Of a DNA stretch of 52,611 nt, positions 39,866-49,241 are shown in pieces. This DNA is from a bacterium. GTDB taxonomy: Bacteria > Bdellovibrionota_C > UBA2361 > SZUA-149. Both the position numbers and the translations under genes were made by a program. The notes beneath the pieces are model-generated. The model was not told the origin of the DNA. It saw only the letters and a program-made list of their open reading frames with translations, and did not search any database. The stretch spans positions 1 to 52,611 of the forward strand of contig JAUIMJ010000002.1 of the NCBI GenBank assembly GCA_030433295.1, in the 5' to 3' direction. The first letter of the stretch is position 1. The number at the start of each line of letters is the position of its first letter.

Positions 39866-40756
39866 TTGAAAGCAATATCTGAGTTCCCCCCGTCCCCCAC
39901 TACAGGACCTACTACCGTGTCAATTGATATCAAGTTGGAATCGGCGCTTCGTTCGCTTGGGCTCTTTTCGGAGAACCCACGCCCTACTCGGCTTGCCGCG
40001 GGAAACTTCAACGCCATCTACGAAGTCAGAGACGGTGCGAAGAAATTCGCATTGCGGCTGAACAACGTGAATGACGACCCCGCAGTATATGACCGAGAGG
40101 ACGAGTACGCCGCCCACGGATGGGCCGCCGAACACAATGCAGCTCCGCAGATTTTTGCAGCAACTAAGGACTATTTGCTGATGGAGTTGTTGCGTTTTCG
40201 GCACCCGACGATTTCAGACCTCAGGAACACTGAGCTTCTGGCAAAAATCGTCAACGTGATAAAGGTCGTCCACGCAGGACCAAAGCTCTCGATCAATAAA
40301 TCTCTTCTTACCCGTGCGACCTATTGGTTCGAACGGCGAAAAGAAGAAGGGGTTTTGAACGAAGCTGCGGAACGGGCGTGGGAGATTGTCGGGACGGACA
40401 TCTTCACTGAGAATCTTGAATCCGAACAGGTTTCAGGTCACGGAGACTTGAATCCTGGTAACATCGCGCTTGTAGACGATCGAGTTCTTGTTCTCGATTT
40501 CGAGACGGCTGCCATGATGGCACCGAACTTTGATTTGTCCAAGCTGTGTTACAACGGAGCAGATGACTCGGTGGAAAATGTGGTCCTTCAGATGTATTAC
40601 GGAGATACGAACCCAAAGCACAAACGACAACTGCTTGTGGCGCTTGCCCTGCAGGCCTTTGTCGGAATGGTGTTCGGAACAAGTCAGGACGGAGCGTGGT
40701 CGATCAACAATCGAGCACGTGCACGCTTTGAGCGCTACCACGCTCAACTGCGCTAA
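39866..40756 (+). CDS. Choline/aminoglycoside phosphotransferase-like kinase
   Basis: GNFNAIY, ALR, Brenner motif HGDLNPGNI, LDFE and FDL. Start uncertain. Confidence 0.85.
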   Translation: MKAISEFPPSPTTGPTTVSIDIKLESALRSLGLFSENPRPTRLAAGNFNAIYEVRDGAKKFALRLNNVNDDPAVYDREDEYAAHGWAAEHNAAPQIFAATKDYLLMELLRFRHPTISDLRNTELLAKIVNVIKVVHAGPKLSINKSLLTRATYWFERRKEEGVLNEAAERAWEIVGTDIFTENLESEQVSGHGDLNPGNIALVDDRVLVLDFETAAMMAPNFDLSKLCYNGADDSVENVVLQMYYGDTNPKHKRQLLVALALQAFVGMVFGTSQDGAWSINNRARARFERYHAQLR

Positions 40757-41015
40757 ACGTTCTTTCTCTTCTTCAGGCTTTCAAACAAAAGAGAGGTTAT
40801 CTTTCAAGGGTTCTGAGCGCGGATATATCATTGGATATATCCGCCTCTTCACCCCCCAGGATCGGATCACCCCAACTCTCAGGTGACTCTTTTATCCCTA
40901 GTTTCAGGGCAAACCACCCTTACGCACCTGTCCCCCTAACAGAAATCTTTCTCAGAGTTCCCCACTGCCAAAAGCATGGTAATTATTCTTACTTTAACTA
41001 CCGATAGCTAAGAAC

Positions 41016-42797
41016 ATGAAAGTATCTCTTCCCGAGCAGGTCTGGATCGATGTTGCACCCGCCAGTTTTGGTAGTCGTGCGTTGGCCTACATTGTCGATT
41101 TTCTTATTCGTTGGTCAGTTGCCGGCTCGATTATCTACGTGCTTGTTATTGGCTTTCTCGTCGTTACCCCAAACCTCGCCGGCCATGTCGATGCATCGAC
41201 ATTCTGGGGCCTAGGGCGAGTAGCGCTGGCCCTGCTGTTCATCGGTATCTTTCTCGTTGAGTGGAGCTACCCGATTTTCTTCGAAGTCTATCGAGATGGA
41301 GTGACCCCTGGAAAGAAGATGCTGGGACTGCGCGTCGTCGACGAGCGAGGGCTCCCTATCTCATTTCGGAGTTCTTTTCTGAGAACGGCTCTGAACACCG
41401 TTGATATGATGCCGAGCTTTGGCCTGGTAGCCTTTGTCTCTATGGCGATGAGCAAGCGCTCCCAAAGACTTGGCGACCTGGTAGCAAAAACCATGGTTAT
41501 CTATCAGGAGCAAGACGTTTCTTTTGATAAGGAGGATTCTGAGGATTCCGACAGTGCCAAGACGCTCACCATGCCGCTCGAGTTGTACAACATCATCGAC
41601 CGCTATAAGGCGAGACGAGAAACACTTCCGGAAGACATACGTCTTCATACCCTGTTGCGCATTGAAGCTGCCATCAAGCGCGTAGTTCCGGACGCCCCTG
41701 AGATTGGAGAGACCGACCTCGCAAGCCGAGAGCTCTGGCTGGCTGACGTTCTCAAGAAAAGTAAGCCGGAAAAGCAGAGTGAGGCGAAATCAAAACGTGA
41801 TTCGAACATACAGTGGGGAAAGATTCGCAAGGAACTGCTGGAAACTGAGCATCTCTTAAAAACTATCTCGCAAACACAGGGCACAATCACAAAGGAAGAG
41901 CTCACCAGATTTGCACAGGCCTATAGAGGCGTCTGCCAGCGCTATGCCTACCTCTCTACCTTCTATCCGAAGACTCCTGAGGCAAACAAAGCTGCACAAA
42001 TCGTCAGGAACGGGCGGCGCTTCGTCTACGGCAAGCGGCTTGATGCCTTGAACCGGGAAAATATCGGCTTATCGGAGCGAGTCGGAAACAGCTTTGCGGC
42101 AATCCGCTTTCACTGCGCCCTTGCATCCTCGATCGCTATCCTCGGCGGAGTATTATGCGCTCTGCTGATTCAGTTGCAGCCCGGTCTTTCGTGGCATTTT
42201 CTCAATGAAGAAACCGTCGCACAGTTGCGAGCCGGTCACATCTGGACCGAAAAGATTGTTGGTATGAATGAAATTGCCGCGAGCAGAATCATGACCAACA
42301 ACATATCTGTTTCCATCACCGCCTTTGTGCTTGGTATTACCGGTGGCGTTGGCACGGTGATCATCATGCTCTTCAACGGTATACACCTGGGAGGTGTCTT
42401 TGCCTCACTTGCCATCTACGATATGGCTGATCCCCTGTTCAATTTCGTCGTCGCGCACGGATTTCTGGAAATCTCAATTATTCTGGTTGCCGGTGGCTGC
42501 GGTTTGTTTCTCGGTGACGCAATTCTCAACCCCGGTCACAAAAGCCGGAAACACGCATTGCAGGAGAACGCCAGCATCGTGGTGCCCCTGCTCCTCTTCA
42601 ACGCCGCCTGTCTGGTGCTTGCCGGCCTTGTCGAGGGATTTATTTCGCCTCAGCCCCAAATTCCCTTCGTTGTAAAACTCGCCATTGGTCTGGTGCTTGG
42701 ATCGCTCTACTGGTCCTTCCTCCTGCCGGGAAGTTCGATTAGTAAAACGATGTACAGGAAAGTGAGGGCTTTAATTCAGGACGCAGGCGCGAGGTAG
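41016..42797 (+). CDS. RDD-SpoIIM (DUF95) fusion membrane protein
   Basis: N-terminal RDD (SRALAYIVD, GVTPGKKMLGLRVV, QRLGDLVAKTMV); C-terminal SpoIIM (IMTNNI.V, FNG..LG, AHGFLEI, AGLVEGFISP). Confidence 0.9.
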   Translation: MKVSLPEQVWIDVAPASFGSRALAYIVDFLIRWSVAGSIIYVLVIGFLVVTPNLAGHVDASTFWGLGRVALALLFIGIFLVEWSYPIFFEVYRDGVTPGKKMLGLRVVDERGLPISFRSSFLRTALNTVDMMPSFGLVAFVSMAMSKRSQRLGDLVAKTMVIYQEQDVSFDKEDSEDSDSAKTLTMPLELYNIIDRYKARRETLPEDIRLHTLLRIEAAIKRVVPDAPEIGETDLASRELWLADVLKKSKPEKQSEAKSKRDSNIQWGKIRKELLETEHLLKTISQTQGTITKEELTRFAQAYRGVCQRYAYLSTFYPKTPEANKAAQIVRNGRRFVYGKRLDALNRENIGLSERVGNSFAAIRFHCALASSIAILGGVLCALLIQLQPGLSWHFLNEETVAQLRAGHIWTEKIVGMNEIAASRIMTNNISVSITAFVLGITGGVGTVIIMLFNGIHLGGVFASLAIYDMADPLFNFVVAHGFLEISIILVAGGCGLFLGDAILNPGHKSRKHALQENASIVVPLLLFNAACLVLAGLVEGFISPQPQIPFVVKLAIGLVLGSLYWSFLLPGSSISKTMYRKVRALIQDAGAR

Positions 42798-42837
42798 AAC
42801 TCTCGCGCACAGAAATGAGTTCGCGTAGAGGAAAGCC

Positions 42838-44205
42838 TTAAAGCCTGCCCGACGCCTTCATCATGTAATACTTCTCTCGAATCATGACCGCTAATTGTTT
42901 TACATCACAGTAGATACAGTCGATCCCCTCTCGCTGTAACTGTCTGGCACGAGACCGTATTTCATCGAGCTGCTCAACTGCCGCAGAAATCTGATAGGCA
43001 TCATCCAGATTCGCAGCCGGAGCAATACTCAACTCCTCTAGCTCTCTGTCCGCAACCGCAAATACCAGAGGCAGATGCTTCCTGCGAACGGGATACAGAG
43101 CCTCACGAATAACATTCAATCCCTCAGGGCTTGAGATACTCGTAATCAAAATCAACAAGGAGCGCTTGCGATTCAAGTGAGCCCATTCGGAGAGTAACTG
43201 GTAGTCCGCCTCAAAACTTCCGACCTGAAGCTCGGTCAGTTTCCGGGAAAGCAATTGCTCCTGTCTTGGCCCGCTTCGACAGGGCACCTGGGTAAGCACT
43301 CGGTGACCGAAGGCAAAAAGGCCAACCTGATCAGCATTTCGATTGGCAATCTGCGCGAGATGACTCGCAGCGTCTGTGGCGAACTCAAGCTGTAATCGCT
43401 TATCAATCAAGTTCCCCATACGCCGGCTGCAGTCGATGGCAATGTTAATTCGCTGGTGCGTTTCCGGGCGAAACACCTTCATCATCAGGCCACGTCCGCG
43501 AGAGCTTCGCTTCCAGTCGACGCGCCGTAAGTCATCGCCGAGCGCATACTGCCTGAGCGAATCAACCTCGCGACCTTCTGCCGTTCGCTTATTCACCATC
43601 AGCTCACCCGCGCGATGCCGCTGAAACGCCTGTTGTTTTGCGCCAATCACACCGCTGGCGTTCGGTGAGACCGTATAGACGTTGGCCTCGTCTATCAGAA
43701 GCTCGCACTGCCAGGCAAAGATGTTTGCTCTTCGATGAAGCCGCAGATACGCCTTTTCCCATTGGACCGGGCCTCGAGCGAGGGGCGTTAATGTGAAGCG
43801 AACTTCCTTCTCAGTTTCATTAACCCGGAAGGTGACATCTCGGGAATCATCCTCGAAATCAAAATGCTTTGGATGAATCGGCCGAAAGCTCACCGATACG
43901 GCCTCAGACGTGTTCTCCCGATGCAATCGAAAACAAAGTTCATTCTCTATGCCGGACTGCAAGGCAGTATCCAGATCCAATTTCAGCCTGAACCCGCCCA
44001 GCATGGATACGACACGAGTGAAATCGAGTATCACATATGCCAGGAGCGAAAAGAGCAGAATAGTGAGCAACTGCAACTGCGTTACCAGGTCCCACTGAAA
44101 CAAAAATCCGAGCAAGGGCACGAACACAAAGAAAGACAACAGAAAAACCCCCCGCACTCGGAGCAGGGGGAGAGGAAACAGTTTACAGAACTGACCTATC
44201 TTCAC
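42838..44205 (-). CDS. DUF58 domain protein with vWA-like region
   Basis: Two N-terminal TMs; P..RG, E.DSLRQY..GDD.RRVDWK.S.R, IDCSRRM and DQVGL.AF motifs; GTG start overlaps the MoxR stop. Confidence 0.92.
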   Translation of the reverse strand: MKIGQFCKLFPLPLLRVRGVFLLSFFVFVPLLGFLFQWDLVTQLQLLTILLFSLLAYVILDFTRVVSMLGGFRLKLDLDTALQSGIENELCFRLHRENTSEAVSVSFRPIHPKHFDFEDDSRDVTFRVNETEKEVRFTLTPLARGPVQWEKAYLRLHRRANIFAWQCELLIDEANVYTVSPNASGVIGAKQQAFQRHRAGELMVNKRTAEGREVDSLRQYALGDDLRRVDWKRSSRGRGLMMKVFRPETHQRINIAIDCSRRMGNLIDKRLQLEFATDAASHLAQIANRNADQVGLFAFGHRVLTQVPCRSGPRQEQLLSRKLTELQVGSFEADYQLLSEWAHLNRKRSLLILITSISSPEGLNVIREALYPVRRKHLPLVFAVADRELEELSIAPAANLDDAYQISAAVEQLDEIRSRARQLQREGIDCIYCDVKQLAVMIREKYYMMKASGRL

Positions 44206-45191
44206 ACTGCTACCCGCTCAGGAACAGAAACCGTCGATAGAATGCCCTCCAGTAAACGCTCAGCTTCCTCTTCGATTTCGAAAATTTCCGGTTGAAAAAT
44301 GATTCGATGCGACAGGACGTGTTTGCACATCACCTGAACATCGTCGGGTATGACGTACTCACGACCCTGCAAGGCAGCTTCCAGCTTACTCGCCAGAGCC
44401 AGATTCAATGCCGCTCTCGGGCTTGCGCCAAGTGCGAGATCCGCGTGATCTCTGGTAGCCGCCACAATGCGCTGTATATAATCACTGACTGACTGGTCGA
44501 GGTGTATCTGTCGTATGAGCGCTCTTGTTTCAACGAGCACGTCCCTGTTGATAGCACCTGAGAACTGAGCATTTTCCTGACTCCCCGACTCAGCAGTCGT
44601 TGCGGCACCACTGAGCTTACGGATCATTTCCTCTTCAAAGGCAGCACCGGGGTATTCCATCTTCAACTTAAACAAAAAGCGGTCGAGTTGTGCCTCGGGA
44701 AGTGGAAATGTTCCCTCGTGCTCAACGGGATTCTGCGTCGCTATGACAAAGAACAATTCATCCAGAGAATGACGCTCACCATCGATGGTAACAAAACGCT
44801 CTTCCATAGCCTCCAGCAAAGAAGCCTGCGTTTTTGGTGGCGTTCGGTTGATTTCATCCGCGAGAATAATGTCAGCGAAAATGGGGCCTGGCGCGAAACG
44901 AAATGTAGCACTTCGCTGATCGAACATCGTCACACCGGTAACATCCGACGGCATCAGATCGGGAGTAAACTGGATTCGTTTGAAACGAAGCCCCAGCGAA
45001 GTCGCAAATGTCCTTGCCGTAAGCGTTTTAGCGACACCCGGCGGACCCTCGAGCAGCACATGACCGCCAATAAGAAAGCCACCAATCAACAGTCGAACCG
45101 TCTCCTCATGACCATAGACGTCTTTGCGGACCTGTTCGTAGACGGTATCAACGACATTTTTTATCTTTGCTGGTATCATTTGCTCTTGCAT
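44202..45191 (-). CDS. moxR: MoxR-family AAA+ ATPase
   Basis: GHVLLEGPPGVAKT, RIQFTPDLMPSD, LADEINR, ATQNP, LPEAQLDRF and GASPRA motifs. Confidence 0.96.
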   Translation of the reverse strand: MQEQMIPAKIKNVVDTVYEQVRKDVYGHEETVRLLIGGFLIGGHVLLEGPPGVAKTLTARTFATSLGLRFKRIQFTPDLMPSDVTGVTMFDQRSATFRFAPGPIFADIILADEINRTPPKTQASLLEAMEERFVTIDGERHSLDELFFVIATQNPVEHEGTFPLPEAQLDRFLFKLKMEYPGAAFEEEMIRKLSGAATTAESGSQENAQFSGAINRDVLVETRALIRQIHLDQSVSDYIQRIVAATRDHADLALGASPRAALNLALASKLEAALQGREYVIPDDVQVMCKHVLSHRIIFQPEIFEIEEEAERLLEGILSTVSVPERVAV

Positions 45192-45251
45192 TCTCTCTTC
45201 GCTTTCTTAAAAAACAATTGTCAAAAACTGCTTGTCGCTACGCAAACTGTC

Positions 45252-46394
45252 TCATGCCTGTGGGGCACCCACTCTCTCCGTGTCGCTTATCTGCTCCAGG
45301 TAGGCAATACGCTGCTCAGACGCGGTATCAGAAAGTTTTTGAGTTTCCAGTTCAAACACGTAGCGTGCCGCTTCTTTTGCCTGCTCATTGTTTATCACAC
45401 CCTGCTCGACAAGCTGGCCGAGCGCTTTCTCATGCGTGAGGCCAGAAGCCACCCCAAAGATTCGGGACAATCGACGTCTCCAGCTCCGGACGTAGTACGA
45501 GAGCACTTCCTGTGCCTGATGCTCCCGATACAGCATGCCCAGCACTCCGGCAAACTCCACTGAGGAAGACAGGGGCTCTTCCGGAATCACCGTCGGCGGT
45601 CCGAATCGAACAGCCCTACTAAGCGCTCCCAGTAAGAGCACGGCCACAAGCGTTCCGATCAATACCCAAACAGCATCTCTTCTCGCTTCCAGCCGTGCAG
45701 CAACCGGACTGCGGTAGCCGTGATGAAACTCATCAAAGAGAATTTCATCATGCACCGTGGCAATCTGGTAGAGGAACCGAAAGTTGTCGTGGTTCTCGAT
45801 ATTCTGGTTTAAAATCAGAGACTCAGAACTAATCAGAAACACATCACCAGAGCCGACCTGCTGATACGCAATTTTTGCATCGGCTTTGGTCCCCGCAAGT
45901 ATCTCCACGTCCTCGCCTTCCAGCACCAGAGATGGAACCATTTTACTTACCGAAGTGATCCCATCACACACCTCCTGCAGGGAATCGCTGCAAGAGACCG
46001 ACATTGATTTCTTCTCGTCCTCAAACAAATCAAAAACAGCCTCAGTAGTCGTGCTCTCTTTTGCCATTCCTTTTGTAAAGCCGGCACCGGGGAAAGAATT
46101 TATCAGGATGAGTCTGTTTCCCTTTCTGACCCACTCCTCAAGAAACTTAATGCCTTTAAAATCGGGAACAGAGACTACGAACATAGTCGCCTTCTCAGTC
46201 TTTGTCTGCAAAGACTCAAAGGGTTCCAACCAGGGCGAAGCATTCTTGCCGAGTTCCTGTAAGCTGAGAAAAAACGCGCGCGCTCCCTGTCGCTTGGACG
46301 CAAAGGTCGATCCAAATGTCATATCCTTTGCGAGTTCGAAGTAAATCGTCATCGCAAGAAACGCTATCAGCAGCACTACATGCTTTCGTTTCAT
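45252..46394 (-). CDS. DUF4350-like membrane-anchored protein
   Basis: N-terminal TM; STF....GARAF, WVRKGNRLIL, N..I...DN, FDEFHHG; C-terminal TM followed by RFGP; canonical position before moxR. Confidence 0.85.
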   Translation of the reverse strand: MKRKHVVLLIAFLAMTIYFELAKDMTFGSTFASKRQGARAFFLSLQELGKNASPWLEPFESLQTKTEKATMFVVSVPDFKGIKFLEEWVRKGNRLILINSFPGAGFTKGMAKESTTTEAVFDLFEDEKKSMSVSCSDSLQEVCDGITSVSKMVPSLVLEGEDVEILAGTKADAKIAYQQVGSGDVFLISSESLILNQNIENHDNFRFLYQIATVHDEILFDEFHHGYRSPVAARLEARRDAVWVLIGTLVAVLLLGALSRAVRFGPPTVIPEEPLSSSVEFAGVLGMLYREHQAQEVLSYYVRSWRRRLSRIFGVASGLTHEKALGQLVEQGVINNEQAKEAARYVFELETQKLSDTASEQRIAYLEQISDTERVGAPQA

Positions 46395-47140
46395 GCCGCC
46401 TCCACCTGCTCTGCAATCGCAAGGATACGAGATTCGTCCAGGGAACCCTCGGCAAAAGCGATGGCTTCGAATAGCTGTACGATGTCCGCAAAGAGCGCAT
46501 AGCCTTCGGCATCTTTGGGGATTTCGCGAAGAACGCGGCGATCGGTCACGGAAAACGGCAGTGAATACGTTTCATGGTACTGCGTGCGGAAACGAATTCG
46601 CAGTTCCTCCAGCATCGCGATGTAGTCTTTATTCTTTAAAAGCTCCGACAAAGACAGACGTGGCTCATTCCCCGTCTCGCTCTGATACTCCGTATCACGC
46701 CAGCGAACATTGTTTTTTCGAGCCCGATAGACTCGATAGAGCGCAAAAGCGCCAAGTCCGATAATCACGGCAAAAAGCAGCGCCGGTGCGATTTCAAATA
46801 CGTAGACAGCGATGCTCGCAAGAAATTCGAGCACCTCGACAATTCCATCGAACATAGAGCTAATCCAGGAGTCATCCTCGACTCTGAATTCCGGCAAATC
46901 AATGGAATCGAAAAAGGACTTTACGTAGCTGCGAATCTCAGCAGAAACCTTTTGCTTAAAGCGATCCCACCAACTGAGTTCTTTGGAACTTGAAGCAAAC
47001 TCCGGGCGCGCGAGAACCTCTTCCAGCGTTGCTGTTCCGTCTTCCGGAAGAGGCTCAGCCCAAACCACCCCCCCGAACACAAACAAAGACAGCAGTGATA
47101 GGAGGCTACCAATTAGAAAAACGCATCTTGCGAATCTCAC
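46391..47140 (-). CDS. DUF4129-like membrane protein
   Basis: Signal peptide, EVLARPEF, one TM, C-terminal TDR...FE.IAF helical domain; canonical cluster position; ATGA overlap with the next gene. Confidence 0.65.
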   Translation of the reverse strand: MRFARCVFLIGSLLSLLSLFVFGGVVWAEPLPEDGTATLEEVLARPEFASSSKELSWWDRFKQKVSAEIRSYVKSFFDSIDLPEFRVEDDSWISSMFDGIVEVLEFLASIAVYVFEIAPALLFAVIIGLGAFALYRVYRARKNNVRWRDTEYQSETGNEPRLSLSELLKNKDYIAMLEELRIRFRTQYHETYSLPFSVTDRRVLREIPKDAEGYALFADIVQLFEAIAFAEGSLDESRILAIAEQVEAA

Positions 47141-47150
47141 GCATCTGCCC

Positions 47151-48044
47151 CTAGCTTGCTTCTATTTCGTCAATCCCGGAAAGAATATCAGTCGCCTCAT
47201 AGCGTGCTAAGAGATCGTTATAGAAACCAACATAGGCAAGGCTGCCGAAGGTTTGCACGAATAGCTGGATGAAAGAACCAAGAAAGAGGGCTCCGAGCAG
47301 CAGCAATGGAATGACGTCAGTTCCCTGAGCGATAAGGAGCGTTGCCCCGATAGTAGGAACAGACGCAAAGATACTGACTACCATTATCAGCAAAAGAAGA
47401 CCGGTGACTCTCATCCACGGACTGCCGGAGCGATACCATTTTTCACCCAGCATGAGCTTCTTACTCTTCTTCAGGGAGTCAGAGATACTCGTTTTCTCAA
47501 TGATAAGTATGTAGATGGCGAGTATTCGATTGACGAAGTAAATAATGCCAGGAATGACGAGAAGTATCATCAGAAGACCAGTCACAAGTCCGACGCGCAG
47601 TAACAAGCCAAAGACTCTGAATATAAGAGAAAATGAAATATCCTTGCGCAAAGCCGAAAGTGATACTTTCTCTCCTTTCCAGTGTCGTGCAGCCAGCAGT
47701 GGCATCGCGACCATGAGATAAAAACTGAGAACCATCTGGACAAGCGATCCAACCCCGCGTATCGCCATGTTCACCTCGTACGCAGGCATCTGAGAAACCG
47801 CAACGCAGAGCGCCTGGATAACAAAAAGTATAATAAACTTTTGAAACACACCGGGGGTAAGTCGCAAGGCACGGTCGAGCAGCTGACCAATGCGCATTGG
47901 TTGCACCGCAGCGCTCTGGGCAGGCGTTGCGCTTGTGGCTGCCGCACCGGGGACTGAAGTCGCACCGAATCTCGACTCAAAAGGGTTTTCTGATTCACTC
48001 ATCTCAAATCTCGCATATTTCAGCATTTCTAGGGGGTCGAACAA
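47151..48044 (-). CDS. Membrane protein heading the MoxR cluster (GDPD membrane-anchor-like)
   Basis: PMRIGQLLDRA, IIE....SLKKSKKL, W.R..G and Y.DL..RYEA.D motifs; 5-6 TM. The true start is probably near 48002. Confidence 0.75.
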   Translation of the reverse strand: MFDPLEMLKYARFEMSESENPFESRFGATSVPGAAATSATPAQSAAVQPMRIGQLLDRALRLTPGVFQKFIILFVIQALCVAVSQMPAYEVNMAIRGVGSLVQMVLSFYLMVAMPLLAARHWKGEKVSLSALRKDISFSLIFRVFGLLLRVGLVTGLLMILLVIPGIIYFVNRILAIYILIIEKTSISDSLKKSKKLMLGEKWYRSGSPWMRVTGLLLLIMVVSIFASVPTIGATLLIAQGTDVIPLLLLGALFLGSFIQLFVQTFGSLAYVGFYNDLLARYEATDILSGIDEIEAS

Positions 48045-48218
48045 ACAGTCTCAACGCGGGGCTCTGCACTTCCACCTTATGATGCAGTTTTACCCAATAT
48101 GGTCGTTTCATCCCTAAAAAAAGAGAACTACGCAGTAAACCGGTGGGGAAAAGCCGTATTTTGAGCTTATTTTAGGCACTTAGTTACAAAAACGGGGCTA
48201 AAAACATAGTCTCGGGTC

Positions 48219-48246
48219 TTAGGTTTTTTACCGAGAAGGACGATAG
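48219..48246 (+). promoter_or_regulatory. Possible sigma28-type promoter
   Basis: TTAGG-N15-GACGATAG upstream of the 48406 gene. Confidence 0.3.
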
Positions 48247-48405
48247 CCAATGTAAGTCGGGATTTTATTGCCTTCCCGATGGGTCATCCTGCTTGCCTCT
48301 TTTGCAGGCGAAGCATTTGGTGGACAGAATTTTGAACCATAGGTCGCGGTAGTGCTCCACGAACAGAGCCACGACTCAGATCGTTTGGGTATGAAGAGGT
48401 AAACC

Positions 48406-49119
48406 ATGAGTCAGAAGAAAGAATTCATTCAGGGCATAGGCCGCTACCATGGCGTCGTAATCGGAGCAAACAAAGCTCTCACCAATCCGCTGCGTTCCGC
48501 ACTGAAGAACATTGGATTTAAGAATGTAGATATTGCAGGCACTCTTGCCGAGGGCTACGAGTCTGCCAGGCGCTCATCGGTTACACACGTCCTGTTCAGC
48601 ACCTCAGACGATTCCATGGACCCCATCGAATTCGTACAAGAGGTGGTCGCCGCAAACCAAAAAGCAATTCTTGTCGTCATCACGGACAACCCGGGGATGG
48701 ATAATGTGTTTGATTTGATCAAGGGCGGTGCTCGGGGATTCCTTGTACCACCTGCAAGTCTGGAGTCGGTCGAGGCTGTGCTCATCGCGGCAACGAGCGG
48801 ACCACCAATTAGTCAGACTATTCTTCAAGCAGACGACAGAAACGACGCATTCGCGCGGCTTATCCTCGACATGCTGTTTCGCGTTGCCGCTGCAAGAAAA
48901 GAGCTTCTGAAGACAGGAAAAGGTGGTCAAATGTACGACCGCTTTTACATGGGCCTTCAGGCTTCAACTGCTACCGCTAAGATGTTCTGTGAGGGGGGCT
49001 TTGACGCACTCCAGGAGAAAATTGTAGAGAACTGCATCAAGCGGGCGGACGTGAAGAAGACCCGACTCAGCGAGGTTCGAAAGAACCTGCGAAGAGGGCG
49101 AGGTGCAGCCGGCAGTTAG
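48406..49119 (+). CDS. Pseudo-receiver (atypical response regulator) domain protein
   Basis: Receiver-like pattern (LKNIGFKNVDIA, VVIT, IKGGARGFL) lacking the acidic pocket, the phospho-Asp (VLFS) and the Lys (FLVPP); GAGG RBS. Confidence 0.7.
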   Translation: MSQKKEFIQGIGRYHGVVIGANKALTNPLRSALKNIGFKNVDIAGTLAEGYESARRSSVTHVLFSTSDDSMDPIEFVQEVVAANQKAILVVITDNPGMDNVFDLIKGGARGFLVPPASLESVEAVLIAATSGPPISQTILQADDRNDAFARLILDMLFRVAAARKELLKTGKGGQMYDRFYMGLQASTATAKMFCEGGFDALQEKIVENCIKRADVKKTRLSEVRKNLRRGRGAAGS

Positions 49120-49241
49120 CAGACCGCGTAGGGCAGAATACTCCCAAAAACTTAGATTTGGCCACCGGCGCCGAACACCCAAACCCCAAAAAACTATGGG
49201 GACCAGATGCTCAGGTCGGCATGCTTCGTAGTGGGTATCGT

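Noticed and set aside
40904-40940. CAGGGCAAACCA resembling the start of a c-di-GMP-I riboswitch
   Set aside because: The GAAA tetraloop stem and the GACGCAAAG segment are absent.
42787-42808. Hairpin GCGCGAG/CTCGCGC at the convergent RDD-SpoIIM/DUF58 junction
   Set aside because: No U-tract on either strand and it overlaps the stop codon; not called as a terminator.
44688-45563. 291-aa plus-strand ORF, and similar ones at 38029-38724, 30077-30790, 22606-23325 and 12784-13584
   Set aside because: They lie antisense to well-supported genes and have no recognisable motifs.
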